Shown here in pieces: positions 8,909-16,654 of a stretch of DNA of 64,000 bases. Positions within the stretch are counted from its first letter, which is position 1. Each line of letters begins with the position of its first letter. This DNA is from Acidobacteriota bacterium. GTDB lineage: Bacteria > Acidobacteriota > Thermoanaerobaculia > Multivoradales > Multivoraceae. The notes beneath the pieces were generated by a model. It was given only the letters and a program-made list of their open reading frames with translations, made no database searches and had not been told where the DNA came from. The position numbers were made by a program, and so were the translations under genes. The stretch spans positions 2,993,948 to 3,057,947 of the forward strand of contig WTGQ01000002.1 in assembly GCA_011525365.1 (NCBI GenBank), read 5' to 3'.

Positions 8909-9841
8909 TCACACCCGCCGATAGGCGAGGTCCCCCTCCATGTAGGTGAGATAGAAGCGGGCCGGCTCTACGGCCCGGTTCGGGTTGCGGAACCAGAGCG
9001 GACGCCGGTAGAAGACCTCGCCGCCCAGCGACTCCGTGGCCCGCAACAGGCCCTCTTCCGTGGTCAGGACGGTCGCCTCGGCGCAGCCTTCCCGGCCCAG
9101 CCGGTCGAGAATGGCGAGCAGCGCCAGATCCGCATCCTCTTCAAGCCACGGCATGTGGACGATCCGGCCGGTGGGTGGATCGTTCGCCCGGTTGACGTAG
9201 AGCAGGACCGGACCGAGAGGCTCCCCGAACCGTTCCAGGGTGAACAGCAGTCCGTCGTGCTCCGGACAGGCCGCCAGCCACGCCAGGTGGTCCGGCTCGG
9301 CGAGATTGACCAGCGTTTCCCGGGGAGCGGCCGGGCCGACCGCTACAGGATCGAAGTCGGCCAGCGCCAGGCCGGTCTGCCTGGCCGTTGCGACACCCGC
9401 CGACGCGGTGCTCAGCCGTACTTCGAGTGCCTCGCCGACTTCGCGGAAGCCGCGCATGACCAGCATGGCCTTGGTGGCGGCGGTGCCGCCGAGGACGACC
9501 TCGAAGTCCGTGTCGGGCGTTCGGCCGGCAAGGGGGACGCCGGCCCTGCCCCTCGCAGCGTGTTCAACCATCCACAGCATCCGGTGAGCACCCGTCACCG
9601 TTCCGCCATGGACCCGGTAGCGGCAGTGCAACGAAGCCACGTGGCCGACGATTCGCCCATGCCGTTCGGCGACGGAAGACTCGACCTCCGGCCCCGGACC
9701 GGGATGGAAGAGAAGCCACCGCAGCACCTCCGGCTCGCGCCGGACGCCGTAGACCACTTCGGTCAGTTCGGAGAGACGAGGGAGCTCGCTCTCGGTGCTC
9801 GGGCGCAGCAGGACGTCCCGAACCGTACGCACCCGATCCAT
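8909..9841 (-). CDS. Putative GNAT-like acyltransferase (two-domain); family assignment tentative
   Basis: Coding-like composition. IVGHVASLHCRY...MVEHAARGRAGVPL resembles GNAT motif A (R-G-x-G/A). Last gene of the operon divergent from sqdB. Confidence 0.4.
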   Translation of the reverse strand: MDRVRTVRDVLLRPSTESELPRLSELTEVVYGVRREPEVLRWLLFHPGPGPEVESSVAERHGRIVGHVASLHCRYRVHGGTVTGAHRMLWMVEHAARGRAGVPLAGRTPDTDFEVVLGGTAATKAMLVMRGFREVGEALEVRLSTASAGVATARQTGLALADFDPVAVGPAAPRETLVNLAEPDHLAWLAACPEHDGLLFTLERFGEPLGPVLLYVNRANDPPTGRIVHMPWLEEDADLALLAILDRLGREGCAEATVLTTEEGLLRATESLGGEVFYRRPLWFRNPNRAVEPARFYLTYMEGDLAYRRV

Positions 9842-9852
9842 CGACCCGAAGG

Positions 9853-10659
9853 CTACTTCGACCCGCCGCGCCCTGCCCGAAACGCCTCGTCCCGCTCCGC
9901 CCGCAGGCGCAGCCCCTCCCGGAAGCGCTCGATGTTCGCCTCGGCGCGTCGCCTGAGCCGCTGGTACTTGAACTCGGCCTCGAGCAACAGCAACTCGTCC
10001 CAGCCCAGACCCTCCTCCGTCCAGTGGTATTCGTGGGTGAGGAGCTGAATCTGGTCGTAGCGGTCGAGCAGCGACGTCACCACGCCCTCGCGCCAGACCT
10101 GGGTGCTGTCGGAGAGGTACTTGATCCGCTCGAAGTAGAGCGGATCGTAGGCGTCGACGACGCCGGGAATCGGCAGCGTCCGGCCCGACCGCATCGGCAT
10201 GTGGGGGCTGGCGGCCCGGATGCGCGTGTCGAAGAAGCCCTCGATCAACTCGATCGCCCGGCCGGCCAGCGCCACCGGGTCGCCGCCCGAACGCTCCAGC
10301 AGTCCCAGGTCGTAGTGGAAGCCGAGGTCGTGCCCCAGATCGAGGATCGATTCCACCGCCTCGGCGCCGTCGGCCTCGAACAGGTTGTAGTCGGAACCGA
10401 TCTGGACGAAGAAGGTCGAGCGAACGCCGGCGTCGTGGTCAGCCCGCGCCATCATCAGCGCGGCATCGAGACTGAACTCGACGTCGTGCCGCATGAGGAC
10501 GAAGCGCTCCACTTCGAGCAGCGCCTCACCCAGGGGAGCCGCCTCACCGAACGAGAGGGTGCGGTGGGTCGAGGTGATCCGGGCCAGGATCTCCCGGTAG
10601 TGATCGAGAGTGAAGTCGAGGTCCGGATCGGCCGGACGCGCCGGTCGCGGCCCGGTCAT
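9853..10659 (-). CDS. Polysaccharide-deacetylase-like (CE4-fold-like) protein; tentative
   Basis: LMRHDVEFSLDAAL...STFFVQIG...GHDLGFHYD resembles divergent polysaccharide deacetylase / PHP-like hydrolase motifs. ATG 10659 forms an ATGA overlap with the upstream glycosyltransferase stop, which I prefer to the track start at 10686. Confidence 0.45.
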   Translation of the reverse strand: MTGPRPARPADPDLDFTLDHYREILARITSTHRTLSFGEAAPLGEALLEVERFVLMRHDVEFSLDAALMMARADHDAGVRSTFFVQIGSDYNLFEADGAEAVESILDLGHDLGFHYDLGLLERSGGDPVALAGRAIELIEGFFDTRIRAASPHMPMRSGRTLPIPGVVDAYDPLYFERIKYLSDSTQVWREGVVTSLLDRYDQIQLLTHEYHWTEEGLGWDELLLLEAEFKYQRLRRRAEANIERFREGLRLRAERDEAFRAGRGGSK

Positions 10660-11720
10660 GCGGGTCGCCACGAGACTTCGTCCCACACGTCGGTCGCCAG
10701 TTCGCCGAGCGGACGCTGGGCGCCCCCGTCGATCCAGTCGACCAGGTGGCGGGTCACGTCCGGGTAGTTCATGGGAGCCGGCTCCGGAGTATCCATCCAG
10801 GACTCGATCCGCTCTACCGTCAGCCGCTCGACGACGGTGCCAAGACCCAGCGCCTTGAGCGCCCGGCCGTTCAGGAACTGCTCCGGATGGCGGCGAATGG
10901 GCTGCACCAGGAGACGGCGGCCCAGATGGAGCGCCTCACTGGCGAGCGAGAAACCCGCATTCGTGATCACTCCGCCGCAGTCGACCAGATCGGCCACGAA
11001 GGCCTGGCGGTCGTAGGGGCGGATGGAGACGTTGCCACGCTCGACCGGCTCGGGCACGGGTCGGTAGGCGACAAACCGCCGCTGCGGCAATTGCCGCAGA
11101 AGATCCACGATGCTCTGTTCGCTCTCCGCGGGCAGGTAGACGAGGAACCGCTGGCCATCACTACGCGCAGAGCCGTCCGCCGCCGCCGCGACGAGGTCGG
11201 GACTGATCGTCGGCGGCAGATTCTTGCCGCCGAATCGATGCCAGTGCAGACCCACGGCGGTCCGAACCGGCGTATAGACCGGAGCGAACAGGCGCAGCAT
11301 CCACCTAGCCGGCCCGGTCCGCCCCGGCAGTCGCAGGCGCCGGTGGAATGCGTACAGGTGGCCGACGCCGATGCTCGGCCGCCGGCAGCGACGAGCGATC
11401 CACGCGGACACCGGCTCGTAGTCGGTCAGCACGAGGTCGAAGCCGGAGGCATCGAAGCTGCGCACGTCGCGCAGGAATCGAGCGAATCGCAACTGCCGAA
11501 TGGTCCCGAGCAGGCGCACTCGCCCGCCGGCCGCCTGGCCGGTGAACCCCTCGAGCAGCGTGTGACTGGCCCGGATCTCGGGATCGGCGAACGCTGCCGA
11601 AGACCGCCCGGTCAGCAAACAGTGCACATCGTGGCCCCGGCTTCGCAGGCCGGCCACCATCGCCGCCGACCTCACCAGGTGGCCGTGACCCGTGCCCTGA
11701 ACCCCGTACAGAATCCTCAT
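10656..11720 (-). CDS. GT-B glycosyltransferase of the MJ1255 / GT28-C-terminal-like type
   Basis: MRILYGVQGTGHGHLVRSAAMVAGLRSRGHDV (G-x-G-H-G-H start typical of the MJ1255/MGT-like group) and C-terminal GGVITNAGFSLASEALHLGRRLLVQP nucleotide-sugar binding half. ATG at 11720. Confidence 0.75.
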   Translation of the reverse strand: MRILYGVQGTGHGHLVRSAAMVAGLRSRGHDVHCLLTGRSSAAFADPEIRASHTLLEGFTGQAAGGRVRLLGTIRQLRFARFLRDVRSFDASGFDLVLTDYEPVSAWIARRCRRPSIGVGHLYAFHRRLRLPGRTGPARWMLRLFAPVYTPVRTAVGLHWHRFGGKNLPPTISPDLVAAAADGSARSDGQRFLVYLPAESEQSIVDLLRQLPQRRFVAYRPVPEPVERGNVSIRPYDRQAFVADLVDCGGVITNAGFSLASEALHLGRRLLVQPIRRHPEQFLNGRALKALGLGTVVERLTVERIESWMDTPEPAPMNYPDVTRHLVDWIDGGAQRPLGELATDVWDEVSWRPA

Positions 11721-11905
11721 GCCGGAACCGTGGACGGTCTTGTTCCGGGCCAGAGCACGCGGGCGGAAGGTAGCACCACGGGACCTTACCCGTAGCGTTC
11801 CGAGGCGCAAGCCCCTACAATCGACTTGCCCGATTCCTCACGGGATCTTCCCGGTTCGCACCCGAGAACGCGGTCTGATCCCCGCACAGTGCAACAGGGG
11901 GTGAA

Positions 11906-13228
11906 ATCACGCGCGTTCTCATAGCAGGCATCGACGGCTACCTCGGCTGGCCGTTGGCGCAGTACCTGACTGCCCGCGGTCACGAGGTTTCCGGCATCGA
12001 TGCCGGCTTCCGCCGCGAGTGGGTCGCCGAGATGGGCGGCCGTTCCGCCTTACCGGTGGCCTCCGTCGAGGCACGGCTCGATGCCTTCGAGTCCGCCTAC
12101 GGCCGGCGTCCGCACCTGGTTCAGGACGACCTGACCGACAGGGACGTCGTCTACCGGCTGTTCGAAGACGCCCGGCCGGAGGCGATCGTCCACCTGGGCG
12201 AATGCCCCTCGGCGCCCTACTCGATGATGGACGCGGATCACGCGATCTGGGTGCAGCGCAACAACATCGAAGGCACGATGAACGTGCTCTACGCGATGCG
12301 CGATCTGGCGCCCGGGGCGCACCTGGTCAAGCTCGGCACGATGGGCGAGTACGGCACGCCGGACCTGGACATCCCCGAGGGCTTCTTCGAAATCGAGTAC
12401 CGCGGCCGCCGCGACCGCCTGCCCTTCCCCCGCCAGGCCGGCTCCTGGTACCACTGGAGCAAGGTCCACGACAGCAACAACGTGATGTTCGCCTGCCGCA
12501 TCTTCGGGCTCCGGGCCACCGACGTGATGCAGGGCGTGGTCTACGGCACCCGCTTCTTCGGCAGTTCCGCCGACCATCCGGCCGACCCCGCGCTCCACAC
12601 CCGGCTCGACTTCGACCAGGCCTTCGGCACCGCGCTCAACCGCTTCTGCTGCCAGTCCGTGATCGGCGAGCCGCTGACCCTGTTCGGACTCGGCAACCAG
12701 CGCCGCGGCTTCCTGCCGATCTGCGACTCGATGCAGTGCCTGACCCTGGCGGTCGACAACCCGCCCGAAGCCGGCGATTACCGGGTGTTCAACCAGTTCG
12801 AGGAGACGTACACGATCTCGGAGCTCGCCGCCAAGGTCGCCGCGGTTGCTTCCGGGATGGGTCTCGATCCGCAGATCCGGCGCATCGAGAACCCGCGCAA
12901 GGAAATGGAAGAGCATCACTACAACCCGGACCACGATCATCTGCTGGCCCTGGGCTACCAGCCGACCCGTGACATGGACTCGGAGATCCGGGCGATGCTC
13001 GAGGACCTCCTGCCGCATCACGACCGGATCGCGGCCAGCCGAGAGGTGCTGCTCCCCGATATCCGTTGGGACGGCAGCCGGCGGAGATCCGCCTTCCTCG
13101 ACGCCGGCAACGGCGCGGGACCGGACGGGCCCGCTGCCGCGAAGCCGTCAGTCGACGAGCCGGATGCGGGTGCCGCAGATGTGGATCACGCCATCGGCGC
13201 CAAGGCAGCCCCGCTCGCTCGCGGCTGA
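11906..13228 (+). CDS. sqdB: UDP-sulfoquinovose synthase (SQD1/SqdB family SDR)
   Basis: Diagnostic block LGTMGEYGTPDLDIPEGFFEIEYRGRRDRLPFPRQAGSWYHWSKVHDSNNVMFACRIFGLRATDVMQGVVYG. The Rossmann strand RVLIAGIDGYLGWPLAQYL lies in frame UPSTREAM of the first canonical start (TTG 11954), with an in-frame stop at 11876-11878. I therefore place the start at ATC 11906, just after GGGGGTGA, or a 1-nt indel is present (see findings). Has a roughly 50-aa low-complexity C-terminal tail. Confidence 0.8.
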   Translation: MTRVLIAGIDGYLGWPLAQYLTARGHEVSGIDAGFRREWVAEMGGRSALPVASVEARLDAFESAYGRRPHLVQDDLTDRDVVYRLFEDARPEAIVHLGECPSAPYSMMDADHAIWVQRNNIEGTMNVLYAMRDLAPGAHLVKLGTMGEYGTPDLDIPEGFFEIEYRGRRDRLPFPRQAGSWYHWSKVHDSNNVMFACRIFGLRATDVMQGVVYGTRFFGSSADHPADPALHTRLDFDQAFGTALNRFCCQSVIGEPLTLFGLGNQRRGFLPICDSMQCLTLAVDNPPEAGDYRVFNQFEETYTISELAAKVAAVASGMGLDPQIRRIENPRKEMEEHHYNPDHDHLLALGYQPTRDMDSEIRAMLEDLLPHHDRIAASREVLLPDIRWDGSRRRSAFLDAGNGAGPDGPAAAKPSVDEPDAGAADVDHAIGAKAAPLARG

Positions 13229-13912
13229 ACGGGCGCGGTCCGCGTCGACCGCGCGCAGATCGATGCCGCCGAGCCCCTCGGGCCGGCCGTCGGCGGGCAG
13301 CACGAAGCGCAGGTCGGCGTTCTCGAACGGAATCGTCGGCACGCCGTCGACATCGCGCAGCGGGATCTCCGCGATCTCGCTCCAGCGGGCCGCGAGGCGG
13401 TCCGGATCCGGGGTCTGAATCTCCCCCGCCACGATCGCGTCGACGACGTCGGTCCGGCGGCAACGCTGCCAGTTCTCTCCCGCCGGTTCCCACGGTCCGT
13501 CCGGTTCCAGGCCGTTCGTCTGGCAGTCGATCTCGAAGAAGGTCCCGCCGGTGTCCTTGGGATGAAGCTGCATGTTCTGGAAGCCGTGGCGCTCGAACTC
13601 GTTGACCACGCGAATCCCCAGCTCCTCGACCCGGCGCCGGCGAGGGGCATGGTCGTCGCACTGGGTGATGAACATGTAGCCGCCGTCACCGCCGCGCTTC
13701 TCCAGGTAGCGGCCGCCCGCGGTGTTCTCCTCGATCGGAGCCACGACCTCGAGCAATTGGTTGCCGATCGGCAGCAGGGCGTTCTCGAGCCCGAACCGGA
13801 CGATGCCGGGATCGTTGAAGCAGACCTCGATGTCGAACACGGCCTCCAGGTCGTCGACGACCGGGGCGAGTTTCTCGGCTACCAGACAGATCTGCCGCAG
13901 GCGCAACCACAT
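13148..13912 (-). CDS. VOC (glyoxalase/bleomycin-resistance/dioxygenase) family protein
   Basis: MWLRLRQICLVAEKLAPVVDDLEAVFDIEV...LLEVVAPIEENTAGGRYLEKRGGDGGYMFITQ is a glyoxalase-like beta-alpha-beta-beta-beta module, duplicated. Confidence 0.7.
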   Translation of the reverse strand: MWLRLRQICLVAEKLAPVVDDLEAVFDIEVCFNDPGIVRFGLENALLPIGNQLLEVVAPIEENTAGGRYLEKRGGDGGYMFITQCDDHAPRRRRVEELGIRVVNEFERHGFQNMQLHPKDTGGTFFEIDCQTNGLEPDGPWEPAGENWQRCRRTDVVDAIVAGEIQTPDPDRLAARWSEIAEIPLRDVDGVPTIPFENADLRFVLPADGRPEGLGGIDLRAVDADRARSAASERGCLGADGVIHICGTRIRLVD

Positions 13913-13943
13913 GACGGTTCTCCTTGTGCAACGAGTGCCAGGA

Positions 13944-15131
13944 CTACGGCCAGGAACCCCGCCCCTCCAGCATGAAGGTCAGGTGCGGGTGGTACAGAGC
14001 CGGTTCCAGCAGGAAGGAGTCGTGCCCCTTGTCGGAGTGGACGATGATCCTCATGCAACTCACGCCGGCTTCCTCGAGCGTGGCCATCAGTTCGCCCTGC
14101 TCTTCGGGGTAGTAACAGACGTCGGAGTTGATCGAGAAGATGAGGAAGCGCTGGTCCCGACAGCGCTCGAACGCTTGCTGGAGAGAGCCGGCGCCGGCGG
14201 CCGCGGCCAGATCGAACTGGCTCCAGGCGTCGAGAATCCGTAGGTAGGAGTTGGCGTCGAACCGGGTCGCGAACTTCCGGCCCTGGTACCTCATGTAGGA
14301 CTCGATCGGGTGGTTCACGCCGTACCAGGGCACGCCAGACGCCTCGGCAACCATGTTCCGCGCCCGCCGCCGCAAGGTGCGCAGCGACACGAACGTCTTG
14401 TGATTGATCTGGCGGGCGATCTTCATCCCCTCGAGTTCCGTCCCCGGCGGGTAGTTGCCACCGTCGAACCGCGGATCGTTGGCAATCGCCTGGATCTGCT
14501 CGAAGTTGTGGATCCGCTGAAGCGGCGTCACTTCCATGCCGGCGGCGACGATGACGACGTTGCGCATCCGCTCCGGGAACATGACCGCGAGATCGAGCAC
14601 CGCCATGCCGCCGGTCGAGGGTCCGATCCCGGCGTGCAGCACGTCGATTCCCAGCCGGTCGACCAGGCGCATCGCGGCGCGCACCGAGTCCGAGAAGCGC
14701 ACTCGGGGGAAGGACGGCCCCCAGCGTTTGCCGGTTGACGGGTCGATCGACAGCGGACCCGTCGATCCGTAGCAGCCGCCGATGTAGTTGACGCAGATGA
14801 CGCAGAAGTGGTCCGTGTCGATCGCCCGCCCCGGTCCAATGAACTCGTGCCACCAGCCGACCACCATCTCGTCGGTCCAGGCGTCGCCGAGGCCGGGCAC
14901 GCCGTGGTTGGTGCCCGCCGCATGGTGGCTGCCGGTGAGAGCGTGGAACAGGAGCACCGCGTTGTCGCGCTCGGCGTTGAGTTCGCCGTACTGCTCCCAG
15001 GCCAGGGTGAAACCGGACAGCGTGTCGCCGCAGCGGAGCTCGAGCGGTTCGTCGAAGTGCTCGAACCGGGTCTCGACGACGCCGATGCCGCCGCTGGCAT
15101 CCGCCGGTTGCAGGTTGCGAACCGTCTCCAT
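13944..15131 (-). CDS. metX: Homoserine O-acyltransferase, MetX family (alpha/beta hydrolase)
   Basis: NAVLLFHALTGSHHAAG, FCVICVNYIGGCYGSTGP, nucleophile elbow GPSTGG, C-terminal HSDKGHDSFLLE. 395 aa. The elbow differs from the common GGSMGG. Confidence 0.9.
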   Translation of the reverse strand: METVRNLQPADASGGIGVVETRFEHFDEPLELRCGDTLSGFTLAWEQYGELNAERDNAVLLFHALTGSHHAAGTNHGVPGLGDAWTDEMVVGWWHEFIGPGRAIDTDHFCVICVNYIGGCYGSTGPLSIDPSTGKRWGPSFPRVRFSDSVRAAMRLVDRLGIDVLHAGIGPSTGGMAVLDLAVMFPERMRNVVIVAAGMEVTPLQRIHNFEQIQAIANDPRFDGGNYPPGTELEGMKIARQINHKTFVSLRTLRRRARNMVAEASGVPWYGVNHPIESYMRYQGRKFATRFDANSYLRILDAWSQFDLAAAAGAGSLQQAFERCRDQRFLIFSINSDVCYYPEEQGELMATLEEAGVSCMRIIVHSDKGHDSFLLEPALYHPHLTFMLEGRGSWP

Positions 15132-15274
15132 GCGCCGACACTATGGGCTTGCGCCGCAGAACGCTACAGAGTGAGTGTCCGGTGCAAGCCCATAGTGTCA
15201 GGATGGGATGGGCCGAAGGACCGAGCAGGCGAGGGCCTTCGGGGCGTGGGCTTGCGCCGGAGAACGCTACGGAG
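15132..15274 (-). promoter_or_regulatory. Structured mltA-metX spacer: 28-nt direct repeat plus long hairpin abutting the metX AUG (candidate cis-regulatory RNA)
   Basis: Direct repeat 15144-15171 vs 15247-15274 (26/28 identical). Perfect 16-nt inverted repeat 15137-15152 / 15184-15199. 7-bp hairpin 15213-15219 / 15236-15242. Details are in findings. Confidence 0.4.
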
Positions 15275-16586
15275 GCGACGCCAGACCGCGGGGCACCAGC
15301 GCCCAGTAGCGGCCCCGGTGCGCCATGCGGCCGGCGATCGACTTCGCGCCTTCGCCCGAGCCCCAGTACACATCGCCGCGCACCGAGCCGCGGATCGCAC
15401 CGCCCGTGTCCTGGGCCACGAGCAGCCACTGCCGGCGCTCGTCCGGCCCCTCGGGCGATGCGGCCGGGATCATCGCGTCGAGCCAGACGGGAACGCCGAG
15501 CGGGACGTGCTGGCGGTCGACCGCCAGGGAACGCTCCGTCGTCAGGGCGACGCCCTGCGCCCCCACCGGCCCCTCGCCGCGGATCTCGCGAAAGAAGACA
15601 TAGGAAGGGTTCGTCGCCATGACTTCGCCGGCACGGCCAGGGTTCGCCCGCAACCAGGCATCGATCGACTGCAGCGAGACCTCGGCGAGTTCCATCTCGC
15701 CCAGGTCGACCAGGGTGCGACCGATCGCGTGGTACGGGTGACCGTTCTGGGCCGCGTAGCCGACGCGCAGTACCGTCCCGTCGTCGAGTTCGATCCGGCC
15801 CGAACCCTGGATGTGGAGGAAGAACGCGTCGACCGCGTCGTCGACCCAGACGAGTTCCAGGCCCCGGCCCGCCAGCGAACCCGCGGCGATGGCCTGGCGG
15901 TCGTCGTAGATGTCGAGGCTTCCACCGCGTACACGGCCGGCCACGCGGCGGCCACGCAGGTCGTCGCGGAAGCGGCCGAGGTCGACCATTACGAGATCGG
16001 AGGGGTGGGTGTAAAGCGGCACGTTGTAGCGATCGCTGCGTCGCCGGCTGCCTTGGAGATGCGGCTCGAAGTAGCCAGTGAAGAGACCGACCCGCTGAAG
16101 CCAGCCGGAGGCGTTCCCGGGCCGGCCGTCGGCACCGCCCGCGTCCGCTCGGGAAAGCGGCACAGCGACCACCTCGCGCTCAAAGACCGCGCGCACCTCC
16201 TCCTGGCCAGCCGCATCGCCCAGGCCACGCAGGGCGCCGCACAACGGACGCCAGTCGGCGGGCGTACCGCCCAGTTCGACCGGCTTCAACGGCCGGTCCG
16301 CGGGCTGCGCCAGCAGTCGATCGCAACTCCTGAGCAGGGCGGGCAGGGCCTCCGACACGGCGTCACCGGCCCAGCCCGGCAGCGAAGCGACCTCGACCGG
16401 CGACCCGTAGACGGCGATCGCCACAGCCTCGGGCGGCGCCGGCGCCGTCCGTCCCGACAGCCAGCCGGCCACCCGGTCGGGGCCCACCGCGAGAATGGTG
16501 GCGACCAACGCCCAGCCCAGGGCAAGAAGCCCGGCGATCCGAAGAGCCCGCTCGCGGGGAGGAAGGTCCCGTACCAGCCATCCCAT
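15267..16586 (-). CDS. mltA: Membrane-bound lytic murein transglycosylase A
   Basis: MltA-specific and 3D domains (GYFEPHLQGS...FFLHIQGSGRIELDDG...GHPYHAIGR...VAQDTGGAIRGSVRGDVYWGSG). ATG 16586 (MGWLVRDLPPRERALRIAGLLALGWALV membrane anchor). The track ORF to 16811 is an Arg-rich extension. Confidence 0.85.
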   Translation of the reverse strand: MGWLVRDLPPRERALRIAGLLALGWALVATILAVGPDRVAGWLSGRTAPAPPEAVAIAVYGSPVEVASLPGWAGDAVSEALPALLRSCDRLLAQPADRPLKPVELGGTPADWRPLCGALRGLGDAAGQEEVRAVFEREVVAVPLSRADAGGADGRPGNASGWLQRVGLFTGYFEPHLQGSRRRSDRYNVPLYTHPSDLVMVDLGRFRDDLRGRRVAGRVRGGSLDIYDDRQAIAAGSLAGRGLELVWVDDAVDAFFLHIQGSGRIELDDGTVLRVGYAAQNGHPYHAIGRTLVDLGEMELAEVSLQSIDAWLRANPGRAGEVMATNPSYVFFREIRGEGPVGAQGVALTTERSLAVDRQHVPLGVPVWLDAMIPAASPEGPDERRQWLLVAQDTGGAIRGSVRGDVYWGSGEGAKSIAGRMAHRGRYWALVPRGLASPP

Positions 16587-16654
16587 ATGCCGCGACGCTA
16601 GCAGCGAGGCTGCGGGCGGCGCCCGTTCGGCGGCCGACGGGTACGCTTTCCGCG

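Noticed and set aside
11954-11956. TTG 11954 as the sqdB start (as in the ORF track)
   Set aside because: It would remove the in-frame Rossmann G-x-x-G-x-x-G strand (VLIAGIDGYLGW) that every SQD1/SqdB-type SDR needs.
15132-15274. Assignment of the metX leader to a known SAM riboswitch class, or to a CRISPR-like repeat
   Set aside because: It lacks the conserved strings I recall for SAM-I, SAM-II/V (AAAGC-type 3' strand) and SAM-IV. There are only two direct-repeat copies and no cas genes, so it is reported only as an unclassified candidate.
13879-16601. Long ORFs 13879..15429 (-, 516 aa) and 14808..16601 (+, 597 aa)
   Set aside because: They are out of frame or antisense to the clearly homologous metX and mltA genes. 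Their extreme Arg/Pro/Gly content is typical of shadow ORFs in GC-rich DNA.
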